Shown here one piece after another: positions 26,809 to 47,012 of a DNA stretch of 64,000 bases. Origin of the DNA: Chrysomallon squamiferum (lineage: Eukaryota > Animalia > Mollusca); assembly GCA_012295275.1 (NCBI GenBank), contig CM022671.1:16926001-16990000 (forward strand), given 5' to 3'. The position numbers were made by a program, and so were the translations under genes. The notes beneath the pieces were generated by a model. That model had not been told where the DNA came from, did no database searches, and was given only the letters and a program-made list of their open reading frames with translations. Position 1 is the stretch's first letter. Each line of letters begins with the position of its first letter.

Positions 26809-27789
26809 TTTTTATTTGACTTTCATCAGTTCGGTATCGTTATATATGAAATAACATTTTATTAATTAATAATAAACAAACTAGCTTAAACATAACAAAC
26901 AAACAAACAAATAATTTTAAAATAAAAAAATCGTTCCTAAAAATGTTTCCAGTTGAAAAGATGTGTGTGTGTATATGTGTGTGTGGGTATGCGTGTGTTG
27001 TTGTGTGCGTGTATTCGTGTGTGCGCGCGTCTTTCTATCTCTTTATTTGTGTGTGTACATACTGGTTGATTACACACAGTGAAAATATAAACGAACACAA
27101 TGAAAAATCTGTATATAAATATCGCTGATACAAAAAGCTCATTTGATTACAGAGATAAAGGCGACCCAGCTGTTGTGATGATCAGAGTGAAAGTGTCCTT
27201 GATGAAATATATATATATATGTATATATATTAAGTAATGATGGATCATACGATATGTACGGATTAGTATTATAACAACAGAGATATACGTTACAGGAGTG
27301 ATTTTTGGTTTTTATTCTTCGCAGAAGTGATTTTTTTTGTTGTTTTTTCCAGAGTTACATTACACGTAAAAATCAATTATAATACATTTCATTTGTGAAA
27401 ATAAATATTATAATAAATGAAAAATGGATAAAGAATTTTGTTGGATAAATAAAACTTTTAGTAAAAATACTGAAACGACATTTGTAAAAATAATTTGTTT
27501 TCATTAGTTCATTCATGATTTTTCTCTCGCTTGATCTCTTCCATTTCGACACTTTCCATAATTCCGTTTTCGTTTTGTTTGGTCTGGGCAGCTGGTACAG
27601 AACTGGTACAGAACTGGTACAAACGACACGACTTATTATTCCTAACAATCTTTAGTCATTTACGATCAACCAAATAACAATAACCAAATGATAACCAAAT
27701 TGAAGAAATAACGTATTAAAAATCAGAAAAAAAAATAAAATAATAATAATGATCTGATAACGTAATCTAAAAAAATTAAAACAACTCAC

Positions 27790-27852
27790 CTGAACATTAA
27801 TCACTGCCCAGAGAAAAATGAACTGTAAAAAGATAGCGACGAGAAACTTCAT
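27790..27852 (-). CDS. Signal-peptide (leader) exon MKFLVAIFLQFIFLWAVINVQ, probable exon 1 of the polyprotein gene
   Basis: ATG at 27852 (aaagacATG), 21 codons with a basic n-region and hydrophobic h-region, and a consensus phase-0 donor CAG|gtgagt. Joining to AIPLHP completes a V-Q-A|IP signal peptidase site (-3/-1 rule). The link to the array exons is inferred. Confidence 0.8.
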
Positions 27853-28413
27853 GTCTTTTATGTAAGAGCGAAACAGATCGCTCCAATTTGCTCTAGAACG
27901 TTAGCCGTCTGCTTTGGCGCGCGCTTTATCTCTCTCTCTCTCTCTCTGTCTCTCTGTCTCTCCACACTGATGCTGGTTAATAATGCAGAAAGTCCACACG
28001 CAGTTAATCTGATGCCTTCTATCAAACGTCTGACTCTAGGCTTCCTGTTTCAATCACTAAATGAAATACCGCTGGCAAAAGGTGATTGTCGCCAATGATG
28101 TTTTCTGAAGTCTACTGCCGATTGGTGAAAATGAGACAAGAGAGAGAGAGAGAGAGACACAGTGAGTGAGAGAGTATGGGGGGGTTAAAGAAATCAATAT
28201 TTCCCGTCAGGCCCAGCTGGATGCAATCACGTGCCATGATTTAGAGATGATGATTAATAAGATGAAACTTCAGGATATTGTGACAGTATATATATATATA
28301 TATATATTACTAATAGTAATGTTCAAAAGCAAATCACCATAGTATTCTTCGCGTTTCTTTTAGTGATAACCGTATGTGAAAGAGCTGGAATGGAGACAAA
28401 TGTCATCAAAATA

Positions 28414-28451
<38 letters not shown>

Positions 28452-28565
28452 ACATTCATCTACGTACAAATAAACACACATACAAATAAATTAGATAGCC
28501 AAATAAATGCAAAACTTTCACAACAATTTTTATTTACAGCTGGACGGATATTTCTCAACACCAGC

Positions 28566-28611
<46 letters not shown>

Positions 28612-29102
28612 GCAACATATAATAATAATAAAAATATAAAAAATAGATCAGAATACTGGGCATATATAATCGTGTTTCGCATTTATGTTGTTGTTTTTAT
28701 TTTTTTTTTTTATTTATTTTTTTTTTAAATATTTTGGAAACAGCTGGCCTGGACACGATTACCACTTTCTGCCATTTTTCAAAAATAAATTTGCAATTAA
28801 ATGTACACACGCTTACGCACACGCGAACGAATATTAATGAAATATATGCTGTACGTGATATGTTTTCTTGGCATATTGTGCATATTATATAACCGTGCGT
28901 AAAATGAATAAATAAGATGACATTTGTATGTGCGTGTGCGTATGTTTTCATCAAATACATATGTTGTCAAAACAGTTAACTAAATTCCGTTCTGGAACCA
29001 AATAGATTCTGGAACATAAAAGAGAAATTAAAAAATATAATCTGTATTTCATGGATTTATTATTAGCACCTGTTACGCAACGACATATATTTTTGTATTA
29101 AA

Positions 29103-29672
29103 ATAATAATAATAAAAACAACAACAACAATAATAACAATAACAATAAACGACAACAATAACAACAACAATAACAATAATAACAACAATAACAACAACAA
29201 TAACAACAACAATAATAACAACAATAACAATAATAACAACAACAATAACAACAACAATAATAACAATAATAACAACAATAATAACAACAACAACAATAAC
29301 AACAATAACAACAATAACAACAATAACAACAATAACAACAATAATAACAATAATAATAACAACAACAACAGCAACAATAATAACAACAACAATAATAATA
29401 ATAATAATAACAACAACAGCAACAATAATAACAACAACAATAACAATAATAATAACAACATAAATAACAATAACAACAACAACAATAATAACAATAATAA
29501 TAACAACAACAATAATAACAACAATAATAACAATAACAATAATAACAACAATAATAACAACATAAATAACAATAACAACAATAATAACAACAATAACAAT
29601 AACAACAACAACAATAATAACAACATAAATAACAATAACAACAACAACAGTAATAATAATAATAAAAATAAT
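29103..29672. repeat. ~570-bp compound (AAC/AAT)n microsatellite
   Basis: Interleaved AAC/AAT triplets; source of the spurious poly-Leu ORF 29063..29647. Confidence 0.95.
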
Positions 29673-29998
29673 AAATCAGAATACGCTGCTTTAGTAAGAA
29701 AAATAACCCTGTATGAAGTTAATATAATTCACGTCTTACATAGAAGTGTAAAAATGAGAAAAACTTGACAGTGATGTGCATAAATTAAAGAAATAAAGAC
29801 ACAAAAACATTTCAAACTCAATCTGATTGTCAGTTATTTACATCAGTTTTGGCTGTTTAACAAACTGAAAATTGTAGTCTTTATTCATACAGTCAGTAAA
29901 ACTGAGAAAAATAGTTCCTGTCAGACGTCTTCTTCGGAATCAAATTTGTTTTCTTTCTGTCTTTATTTTTTCTCGAAGAAATATAGTTTATCATTCAA

Positions 29999-30054
<56 letters not shown>

Positions 30055-30439
30055 CACTGTTGTTGCTGTTGATATTATTATTGCTGTTATTTTTTTATTT
30101 ATTTAATTTGTCATTTAATTTAATTTATATGTTCAGTGCCCTTCACGGAACTGATGTGTTTTGTTCCCCAAGCTGTAAAATCTGTCCCCGATTACATTAG
30201 GAGACTAAAAAAAAAAAACATTTTAAAACATAAATAAATAATAACATTTTAAATTTTTGTGTTTCTTTTCCTATTTCTATAAACGTTTTATTTATTGTTA
30301 TTATCTTCTACTGCTTTTATATATATATATATTTTTTTTTTAGCTTTTTAAAAAAATGATATATTATGACTAATCCGTAAGGCTACAAACTATACCCATC
30401 TTTTGATGTTAACAGTTAATATTTATTTATATATCACAG

Positions 30440-30476
30440 GTCAGAGTTCAAACGAAAAGAAGTAGGACACAAGCAG
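30440..30476 (+). other. Candidate 5' non-coding exon of the dehydratase gene
   Basis: Donor CAG|gtaaat at 30476/30477, with a TATA-like tttatatat just upstream. The first coding exon has an acceptor (tctcgtttcag, 31301) 18 nt before the ATG, which implies an upstream UTR exon. Confidence 0.4.
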
Positions 30477-31165
30477 GTAAATAGTACATACATCAAACGT
30501 CGTTTATTTTGCGAGAAACACAAATACACCATGATTTAAGAATACAGTATGAAATGACATGAGCTATTGTTATAATGAATGTATTTATAACATAGAAATA
30601 AATACCACAAAAGACAAAGATGAAATCGGAGAGAAAATAAAGAACGAAACGTGCAGCAGTTTCGTGGAGGCTTTGTCTGGAGGCCTTAGTAGGGATAACA
30701 AGATTAACATTATTATATTGTGTAGGCGTTGTACTGCCGGTATTTTAAAATGCACTGTAGTTTTAAGAATATAAGTTTTATTATGTACATATGTACATAC
30801 TGCATCAGAAAATATTATTATTATTATTTTCTTTTACATTTCATGAATAATTTCTTCTATATAATAACAAGAATAACAATTAATAAAATACATATATGCA
30901 ATAATAATTAAAAAAACAAAACATTTAACCATAAATATTACTATTACTGCTACTACTACTGCTGCTGTTACTACTTCTGTTACTGCTGCTATTATGTCTG
31001 CCATTGCTACTTTACTAATTACAGCTATTGTTACTACTACTACACTGGCAACATCAACAGCTACTAGGCCTGTATTAATTATTTTAAAAAACCCCAATAA
31101 TAATAATAATAATGACAACTTTTGCAACATCAAGTAAATATATCTCATAATTTAATATTTACGTT

Positions 31166-31174
<9 letters not shown>

Positions 31175-31255
<81 letters not shown>
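31175..31255. repeat. (AG)n microsatellite
   Basis: Perfect run just upstream of the first dehydratase coding exon. Confidence 0.95.
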
Positions 31256-31258
<3 letters not shown>

Positions 31259-31319
31259 TCAATTAATTGTTTAATACTGGTTTTAGTATTTCTCGTTTCA
31301 GAATTTACCTCTTATTGCA

Positions 31320-36703
<5,384 letters not shown>

Positions 36704-38636
36704 AATCGTAATAGTAATAAAATTAATGTAATAATAATAATGATGATGATGATGATGAAATAAAAAATAACGAGAATATACAGCCGTTAAAAAGCAGTAG
36801 ATGTTAAAAATATGCGATGTATTTCTTTTCACCTAGATGTTAGAAATTAATAGTCTGGACATTCACAGTTTTCTTCAGCAATCCAGCAGTTTTTTTTACT
36901 GATAACGAACAAAGCAAAAGAACATTTACTGGATAACTAGAAATATTTGATTATTAGAATATAGTTTAGAAAATCAGTTGTATATGATTTTTCTTTTTTC
37001 TTTACTTTTTTTTTTTTTATTATTTTTTTTTTTTTTTTTTTCAGTTGCATTTTAAATATAGCGTTGTAGTTATGATACATAATATATTTTCTTTATTCAC
37101 TTTTTAATTATTATTTTTAAAAAACTTTTATATAAACCATTGTATTATTACTTTGAAAACTAAAATCAACAAATACAGGGACAGCTGTTGTATTTCTGCC
37201 AAATTAATCCTGCAGTTTGTTTATTTGTTATTGGATTTATTTATTGCAGTTATTTTATTATGTTATGATTTTGATTTTTAAGAAAGACTATTATATGTTT
37301 GTTCATATACTTCGGTCCTAAACAATATCAGTTGAGGTAATCTGTATTTATTTGGTTTTCGTGAATGGTATAAAAGTTGTTAATTCCAGAACAGCAATCA
37401 ACAGTAAAATGGCTTGCATGTCTAACAGCTGTTTTAATTAACAGAACAAACAGCAATCACTAACCAGAGAACTTTAAATCATTAATGTCTAACAAAGTTA
37501 TCAATCTCTATTTCCCTGGAGTGTTAGATCATGACAACATAACCAATATATGGTATTGGAGTAAAGTGCCATATGGCATCATTGAGTTTCATTTCTCTGT
37601 GTATGTGGAGGAAATAAAAAAAATACCAAAAAATGCAGTAAAATTTTAATGTAGTGGTGTCAGTTTTTATCCATTGTTATTTATAATTCTGTTTAGATTA
37701 TTGATCTTTGTTTGTCATTTCATAAAACAATCACAAAATATAAGTTCATCCATTCATTTGTTAAAAAAAAAACTAAAAAAAAAACTCAGTATGGTTGCAA
37801 CAAATAACAAATAAAATATTACATTAAACTTTTGTTCATATTTCATAATGTAAGAAAAAACAACTAAAACCAATATATTGCAACATGCACAGAAAACCAG
37901 AACAAAGTGTTGTAGAAAACATTTTTTTGTATTTCACAAGTTACACACAATTCAAATCCTGGATTAAGAAATTAAATAGATTTGTATTACAGTTGACTGA
38001 CTGCCAATAGAGATACTACATGCAATAGCACTATAGTTAAAACTGATACCTGTTCTATTTTCAGTTATTTGGTAACTAGAGATGACGTGTTTTGCGGCAT
38101 TTTCCACTTTTGTGGATTTGATAATCTACTTAGAATATAAAATAAACAATGAGAAGTAGTAAATAATTCAGAGATAAAAATAAATACATTTCCAAAGCCA
38201 GGTTTCTACCAGTTTGTGCAAATCTGGAAAACTATGGAGAAGTTGATTTCACATAAGCAGATGTGAATGTTAAATGTATTGAAAATGTCAAATATTTTTT
38301 AAACACATCTTTTTACACATCAGGAAACAATTTACTACTTGTGTGTTCAGTGACTGTACATTTTCCCAATCTTTTCTTTCTTCCATGCTTTTCAGAGCCT
38401 TGAAACAAACAGAGTGTGGTCCATTCTTTATAAACTTCATTAATAAGGAGAAGTTTTAGTACAAATGTGGATAATTTTACCCCTTTGCAGCATGTACTGT
38501 GAACCAGAACAAGAAAAAAAGGAAAGACATTTTACTAGGTCAAACAAAATTTAATTTTAAATATATAACATTATTTTAATATTAAAGGTGATAAAAATTC
38601 TGTTCTGATGTTGGAAACGTTTTCATGAGTAACATA

Positions 38637-39377
38637 CCGTATATACTTGTGTACAAGGCGACCTTATGTATAAGTCAATGTGTATTTTAAGACCAAAAAT
38701 TGCGTCATTTTAGGTATTACTTGTGTATAAGTCGACTGTAGATTCCAGGCACCGTCACTATTTTTAGACCAGTGCCATGAAGGCCTACATTGTACGCCTA
38801 CTGTAACATAACTTGCACGAACATACCATAATAACGTAAATGCATGTATTACACGAGCTATAGCCTAAATGTATCATAAATAGTATCTCTTTAATGTAAT
38901 AGGTCTAACATGGAGACCTAACTTACTGTTATATTTAGCTGTTCTATGACTTACAAAATTTGTCGGTAGTGGATATTAATGACAATTGCAATATTATTTC
39001 ACCAAATTCTTTACAATTAAACAAGTGAGTTTTGTTTATGAAATTAGGACTGATATTTAGTGCAATTTGGCAGAAGTCTGCATTCCTAGATCATTGCAAG
39101 ACACTGTAAGGCATAACGCCGTACTGACGGTTTTCTCGCTTTAAAATGTATTTTTATGTCATTAAACAGAAGAATATCATGTTTTACCTTCATATTTGGT
39201 TTTGTTATTTAATTTTTCAAAATTTTTTATACGATAAAATTATATTTTTGAAAAAATAGTCAAAATGGCGACTCTTCGGCAACAGCTACAAAAGCATTAC
39301 CTATGTATAAGTCGACCCCCAAAATATTACCTTAATATAGTCTCCCAAAAATTCGACTTATACACAAGTATATACGG
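38637..39377. mobile_element. Non-autonomous DNA transposon (MITE), Tc1/mariner superfamily, Tc2/pogo-like termini
   Basis: TA|CCGTATATACTTGTGTACAAGGCGA...TCGACTTATACACAAGTATATACGG|TA: 25-bp TIRs (23/25 match, first 17 perfect) and a TA target duplication. Internal TGTATAAGTC repeats at ~38665, ~38723 and ~39304; no transposase ORF. Confidence 0.88.
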
Positions 39378-42300
39378 TAGTTGTTTCATTATTTTCATAT
39401 TTATATTACTTAACCCATGGCAGTTACAACATATTTTATATATATATATATCTATAAAACATTTATTGCAAAATTATAATTTTATGAATTTTGTATTATT
39501 ACACCAAAGAACAAACTGAAACTGAAATTTTCTTTACAAGTGTGATTTCAGCTTTATTGATTCAGCTAGAGCTAAAATAGGAATCGCCATAAGCATGTTG
39601 GCTGCAAAAAAAAAAAAAATGCAGATTCAGATATTTGAATGTTGTATGTGTGAAATGATTATGGAAGCTTCATTTTGAGATTTACCTGATGTTTTTTTGT
39701 TTTTTTTTCACTTTTTACCTTCACTGAACTGGATCAGTATAACAACCTTTTGTAACTTTCAGTTTGAACTAAATTAGTTTTCACAACCATGTAAACAGGG
39801 TTGCATTTTTGTCTCTTGAGCCAGAGTTGTGTCTCTTTGACTGGTTTTCATACTGAGTTTAAGTGGCTTTATTTCTGACTTTCCTGAAATACAACAACTC
39901 CAGTGTATGATGACACATTTTCAATGATCCTAGTTACAGTCTTCTGCCAGTTTTCAAATTTCTGCTATTAAATGGCAGTACCCACTGTGTTAATGATGAC
40001 ATACTCTTTTTTTTCAATAAATTTCAACAATATTCATAGTAAATGTAATGACAAACTCATCTTTTGTTATTTGCATAGCCTTTGGAACCAACGAAAGACA
40101 GATACTTTAAGTCAAACAGTGCATGTTGATAAATAAATTCATTTTAATTTTATATCATTAAAATATTTTAGTGTTAAATATTAAAAAGGTTCTTTTCAAA
40201 AGATGTTGGGAATGTCATAAAAACACTGATGAGTTTCAGTGATAATTATGTTTATGTGAAATAGGTATAGATCTGCAGTTTATTTTAAAAAAATAATACA
40301 GTGTGTTAAGTGTGATTCAGCCTGATGGCATTTTTTGTTTCTGTTTCAAGTATTATACAGATACTGAACCATTTTTCACTTTTGTTGATGCCATTTCAGG
40401 TGAGAGTGTTGTGTGTATAGGTGATTCTCTCTCAGTGTTATTATTTATTCCACTTTTATTTTCACTTGTTATAATGTCTAAAAGACTAGCAGGAACACAA
40501 CTTCGTAGTGAAAAGCTTTTTCAGTAAAGGTATTTAAAGAATTTTAAGTGAATTAATAAAGATCAAATATTTTAATTTCTACCTATTAAATACAGCTTCA
40601 TTTGTTATTTTCCATTGTTTCCTGAATATATGGTTTGTTACCTTCACAAATAAATGATGTGTGGAACATGCATTCGTTCTCAAAACGATATACATTTTTA
40701 ATTAGTGATCATGCAGACTTATCATTAAACAATAAAAATAAACAAACAATAAACAAAATAATCAGATATTCAAACATATTCTCTATATTTCATTCTTGTG
40801 GAATTGTTTATTAAACTTTTTAAAAGTTAAAGAATCAAATTTCATTATTTGAAAAAGGTTTAAATATGATTTCTAGTTGATTGATGAGTTTACAAATATA
40901 AAAAACCCCATAATAAATGAATAAATTTATGATAAATGAAAAGATAATTATCATAAAATAACCCATTTATATTGCAAACATTTATATAATTGGTTAAAAT
41001 CTATTGACGTTTGTTAGTCAGTTTCAACTTAAAATTTTTATATATTTTTTAAAGAATTATATAATTTCTGCTTTTTATTTACACTTTTGTAAATTGATAA
41101 TATTGTGAAAGATGAAATTAATGTAAACCTTCAATAACATTTTCTGTTTATTTTGTTAATCGGCAAAGTAGTATTGATTTTATTAGAGTATTTATGTAAT
41201 TTTAAATTGACAACAAGAACCTATAATTGTGATAATCAAATTTAGAACAGAAGAGATGATGAGCCAGGAATATTTGCAAGCCTCTGTTCACTGATCTGGT
41301 CTTCTGCAATATTGTTAGTAATATAATAACAGAAAATGCAAAAACAATAGCATATATAATATCTTTATTTAATTCCACAATAATAATAATAATAATAATA
41401 ATAATAATCATAATAATAACAACAACAAATTACAAATAAGCACCTCACTTTTAATGTATAATAAATAAAACTATCATTGCAAGTATGTGTTGAATATTTT
41501 AAATTTATTATCATGAAACTAGTTTATTTGAATAAAATATTACTCTAGAATACATCATATAATATCACAGTTTGAATTTGATTTCAGATACAAATATAAT
41601 GAGCTTTTCTATAAAAATATGTTTACAATGAGACAAAACATTTATTTTGAAAATGTACATAATTATATTCATTACAAAATAATTCAAAAAGGTATAAGGC
41701 ATTTTCTTTTCAAATTAATTTTTTTTTCTATAACTGAAATATTATTTTTAACATTGTTTTAAGACAAATCTTGTTCCATAAACAATCAGTGAGACTTTTA
41801 AATGCATCATTAAGGAAAGGCCACACCCTAATAAAAATAAAAGGAAAAAACAAAAAAAAAACAGTAACAAAACAAAATCTTAAATAAAGAAAAAAAAAAG
41901 AAAAACACTGAATACAGAATTTGCATTTTTTTTCTATCATTTTTAAATGAATATTTAGTTTAATTTGTATATATTTCAAGCTTTCTTAAATGTAAGCTGT
42001 TTTATGATCCACCTCCAATGATATAATATTAAATGTAAACTATTTATGATTTGTCCCTAGCGAATTAATATATTAATATAGCTTTGTCACTGTAATGAAA
42101 TACAGAGATGTTTTTGTTATGTACTTGTGTCAGATAACAATGAGAGCCGATAGTACCAGTATCAGTAAATAATAATACAGACATTTTCAAGTGTTTTGTT
42201 AAATTTTACCTTACAGATAGTCGTGGTATGTTGTTGTAATTAGCAAGCTCAGTTTACACAGAGCCAATACAGATGTTTACAGAAAACTGTATTTGCTAGT

Positions 42301-42789
42301 GAATTGACTTAAACTGCAGGGATAGTTAATAAAGTAGAAAAATAATTTTAAATTAAAATGAATGAAAAATAAAGACTTTAGTATTATAATTAGGAGCTGA
42401 AGTTACAAATGACTGATAACTTTTCAGAAAGGATAAAACTAGAGGTAATTAACATTTTCATTTCTTTCACCACTGTAAGCTAACATATTCCATATTTCAT
42501 GTAAACACACAAAAAATTAGATTTAGAATATGGTTTGTACTTAAAATTTATAGATGAACAATTTCCAAATGAAAGATTTAATACACCTTCAATGTATGGT
42601 TTTATTAAATGTTTTTTTTTCTATAAATAGGATAAGAGATACAGACGTTTAATTTTCAAATTTGAAATACGATCATCTGTTTACAAGTTAACGTATAAAT
42701 GAAATACACATTATAATAAATCTATATGAATAACATAATCTGTAAATGATGCTTGTATGGTGTCATACATGTCATTAAGGACCACATGG

Positions 42790-42833
<44 letters not shown>

Positions 42834-43862
42834 GAACATTTTGTCTCATTTCTTTAGCAGTATATGATTTGTTTTATATGTACCTTCCCAATAACTGGAA
42901 AAATATCCAGACTTGGAGAATCTATGAACATGAAACAGCTCTGTAGTACACTATAATTAATTGTTGACAAGTTGATGACCTAAGTCAGATACAGGATATC
43001 AGAAAAATGCACTAGCCATCAAGGTGATGAATGTTAATTCTTAAATAAAAGGAATTATAAAGGTAAAAAAAAAAAAAAATAATAATAATTATATATATAT
43101 ATATATAAAAAAAAAAAGGAAAAAGGAAGAAAAAAAAACAAAGAGTTAAAAATAGGGGAGATAATGCACTAAGTGGTCCTGTCTTAGTCATAACTTAACG
43201 TGCATACTTCAATGCAATTTTAATGGAATTATGTAAATATTATCTGAATCTATTTAAAGATATTCTGATCTTTTGATCTCTATATTATTTTGTATTCAAT
43301 TTTGTATTTTTATTTTTTTTACATAAATTATGTGAATAATGCAAGCAAGCCATCTTTTCCCTATACTCACCCATTCACACATATAAAAATAAAATAAAAA
43401 TGAGACATCATGGGAACATTCATAACTATTAATGCTCTTTTTATATTACCTTAACTTACAATTACATACATCTTTTTAACAAATATAAATATTTAACTAG
43501 CTTTTATATCGCTGGATATATAATATTTAATTTCTTTTTAAATTTTTTTCCATTGCATGTCTTTCAGTATTACTGAGTGAGAATTAAACATTTTATTTTA
43601 TTATGATGTAAAATACAAATATTCTTTTTCTGTTTTTATTTTATATTTTCAAAACGTTTTCTCAGAAAATTATGCTTTTTGGTGCTTAATAATTTAAATT
43701 ATTGAAATAAACTATTTATTTGTTTAAAGTATAAACAAATCATGCATTATGCATTAACCAAAAAAAAAAAAAAAGCTCTGTAAATTTTAAATATCAAATC
43801 GATGTAAAATTGTTTCAAAATATCTTCTGCTTTTGATAAAAAAAAAAAAAAAAAAAAATGTT

Positions 43863-46800
43863 TTATATTTTCCAGTCATCATCGTCAATATCAGGTATCT
43901 GATACATCGACAACCTCAACGCCCTTTGTCTCTTCTCCATGCCGCAGTTAACGGCATGTAAAACCACCCTGTCTTCAGCCGTCATGTTATTCTGAGATTT
44001 CAGCCTCGACAAAGCGTTAGGGGACTGAGACCTGCTCCTCTCCTTTTCCCGTCTCCACTTTTTGTAATGTGTAGCTGACCTCGACCTTTCATTGAAGGAA
44101 GCGCGTCCGTCTGCTGGCATCTTGGCGTGATACACCATCGCCATTTTCGCCGAGTGTCCCAGCTGCCTTGCGCTGCGAAACTGAGAAGTGTTTCTGTGAA
44201 ATCCTCTCCCTTGCTCCAAGTCTCGATCCAGTTGCTCGCTGCGAAAACGGCGTGGCTTGTAAAGTCTGGCAGACGGGGTTATCTCCCCGTTGCGATTAAG
44301 CGTGCCGCCATTTTTGCTGAATATTTCTAACGGATCGAAATCGTCATTCATCCACTTCATTCTGTGCGATGAATTTCTGTTGGCTAGATTTGAAGAAACA
44401 GTTTTGATCGGTTCCTTGTTGTCGAGTGACAGGATGTTTGCTCTGGGTGTCGATGCAGCAAAGAAGAAACTGTCGTCGTTAACGTTCGGGCTGGATTTTT
44501 CTAGTGGTGAAAATACTTCATCACTGACACTGAAATTAATAGCAATACAAATGAAATTCAAAATACTAAGAAATAAAAGATAATAAATTAATAAAAGAAC
44601 AATATCTGTATCAATCACCATTATCATCATCATCAACATCAACACAAGAATCATTATCATCATCATTACCACCACACTAATGATAATAATCATATAAACA
44701 GTAATAACAAAACACATAACAATAACAACAACAAAAGAAAAATAATAAAGTGATTCATAATAAAAAAACAAATCTAACATATAGTTAATTTTATAGTGAA
44801 TTAGATATAAAAATTCTGTATTTACAGTGATTACACGACAGTATTTGACTTTTAGTAAATATAAAACAAAGAAAGAACATTTAATGATATTGTGAAAAAC
44901 ATTTAATTATTTTCATTTAATTTCAGTTTTACCTGGAGATTGTTTCAGTTCTGCTGTTCTTTTTGGAAACGGTTTCTGAAAATAAATAAATAAATAAAAT
45001 AAAATAAAAATAAATATAAATAAACAAATCAAGTATATAAAAGATGTCAGTAAGTAAAAGATTTTTGCACACTTAAAACATAAAAAAGGACCATCTGTTG
45101 AAGCATATGAACTTGTATACTTGTCTACTCTGATGAATAAATAAAACAGCCTTCAATTTCCATAATATATGAAAACAGATTTAGTGAAAGCTAATTAAAC
45201 AAATATTTTTATTATACCTTATTTAGATTCAGTCAAATCTTTTAGTTCTTAAACTGCTTTGCAAAATATTATGGTTATTTCAGAAATGAATAAATCTTCT
45301 GAAGTCTTACTGATGGTAATTATTTTATTTATTTATTTATTTACTTATTTATTTATTCACTTACCCATTTTCTTGTTTATTTATTTAAAGTGATCATATT
45401 CATTCATTCTTTTATTTATTCTTTTATTCATTCATTCATTCATTTTTTACCTTTGTCAGTTCGTCTAATCTGAATGCGAACCCTCTTTGAGTTGGTCAGA
45501 GTTGATATCTGTTTCTCTGTCATTGTGTGCACTGGGATTCCATCAATCTGAAAGAAAATTATTTTCAAAATACAGTAAATTAATTCAGTTAAATTGTCTA
45601 GATTTTTCCTGCTTAAAAAAGAAATGATACAATTTTGTAATATGGAAATGCATATCTACACATGATGGCTGAAATATTACAGAATAAAACAGATAAAATT
45701 TAAAAACAAAAACAACTGCAGTTTATATACATTATTTCACTGGCAGTAACAAGATAATTATATATGTTAAAGAAAACAAAGTGATGAATAGCTGATTTCT
45801 TATCAAACGTGTGTTCAAAAAGGTCTCAACTTTGATAATTTTGTTAGCCTGCATGATGACATGTTCTGAAATATTTACCTAAAAGTTTGTTATATTTTTT
45901 TTAAAGAGTGTATTTTACTTCATTAGTTCTGTAATTACAGAGATTATATTTGTAAAACTCAAATGATTACTTCATTCAATTGTGTAATCCTAATAATAAA
46001 CTCAGAACACTAATTTTCTACATTAAAAAAAAAAAAAGAGTGGTATATAAAACAGATGTATATACACCAAAAAATGATGGGTCTGAATTTTATACTTTTT
46101 AAAAAATTGGCTACAAAATAAAACATAGAGATAAACACACCCACAACCACACACACACAATATACACACAGAGACACACAGACACAGAGAGATGGACTGA
46201 AAGACATACACACAGACCTGTATGATGGAATCTCCTTGAAGCATTCCTGCTTTTGCTGCTGCTGACTGCTCTTCAACACTTTTCACCATGATGTCACCAG
46301 TCTCTGTGTCTCTGTAACAGTAACAGTTAAACTGAGAAACAAATTCACAACATACTCAACCATCAGCTTTTTTTGGTTTACATTTAGAGGAAGGATATAT
46401 ATATCTACATTGCTAATAAGACATCTTGGAACATAAATTAATTGATACATTAAAGAGGAATATTCCTGTAACCTAATATACATCAGACCATTTTGAACCA
46501 CTATTTGCCTTTCCTTGGGAGGGTGTGTACATTATAAATGATTCTTGCTATTATCTTATAGCAGTCAGTATCCCACGGATGATGTCTTTGATGTGCTTCC
46601 TTGTATCATCAATATTCAATAAAACTTATTGCTGTCACCAGCACACATTCTTATAATTCTATTTATTGTTATTTATTTTTAATTTGCTTTCTGTTTTGTC
46701 TGAAAATATTGTAAAATGTTACCTAGACACAGCACAGCCAAGTCTTCCAGATGAAGGAATCACATGAATATCAAACTGTTTTACATTTGATTCAACAGCA

Positions 46801-46975
46801 GCTGAAAATATAATCATGTTAAAACACAAGTAATATTTAATTTATTTACATTTTCATCAATAAAATTGCAGATAATAATTGTTATTAAATAAAATCAACA
46901 GTAACAACAATAACAGTAATTATATTGAATATTGGAAAATAATAAGAATAAGAGCAATAAAAAAAAAAACAATTA

Positions 46976-47012
<37 letters not shown>

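Noticed and set aside
29063-29647. 194-aa poly-Leu ORF and the many short poly-T/ER/CV/YI/HT ORFs across the window
   Set aside because: Translations of microsatellites or low-complexity AT-rich DNA.
44530-44780. Hydrophobic, TM-like N-terminal part of ORF 43863..44780
   Set aside because: Intronic (ATG/GTT-rich simple repeat); the exon starts at the acceptor at 44529, in phase with the upstream exon.
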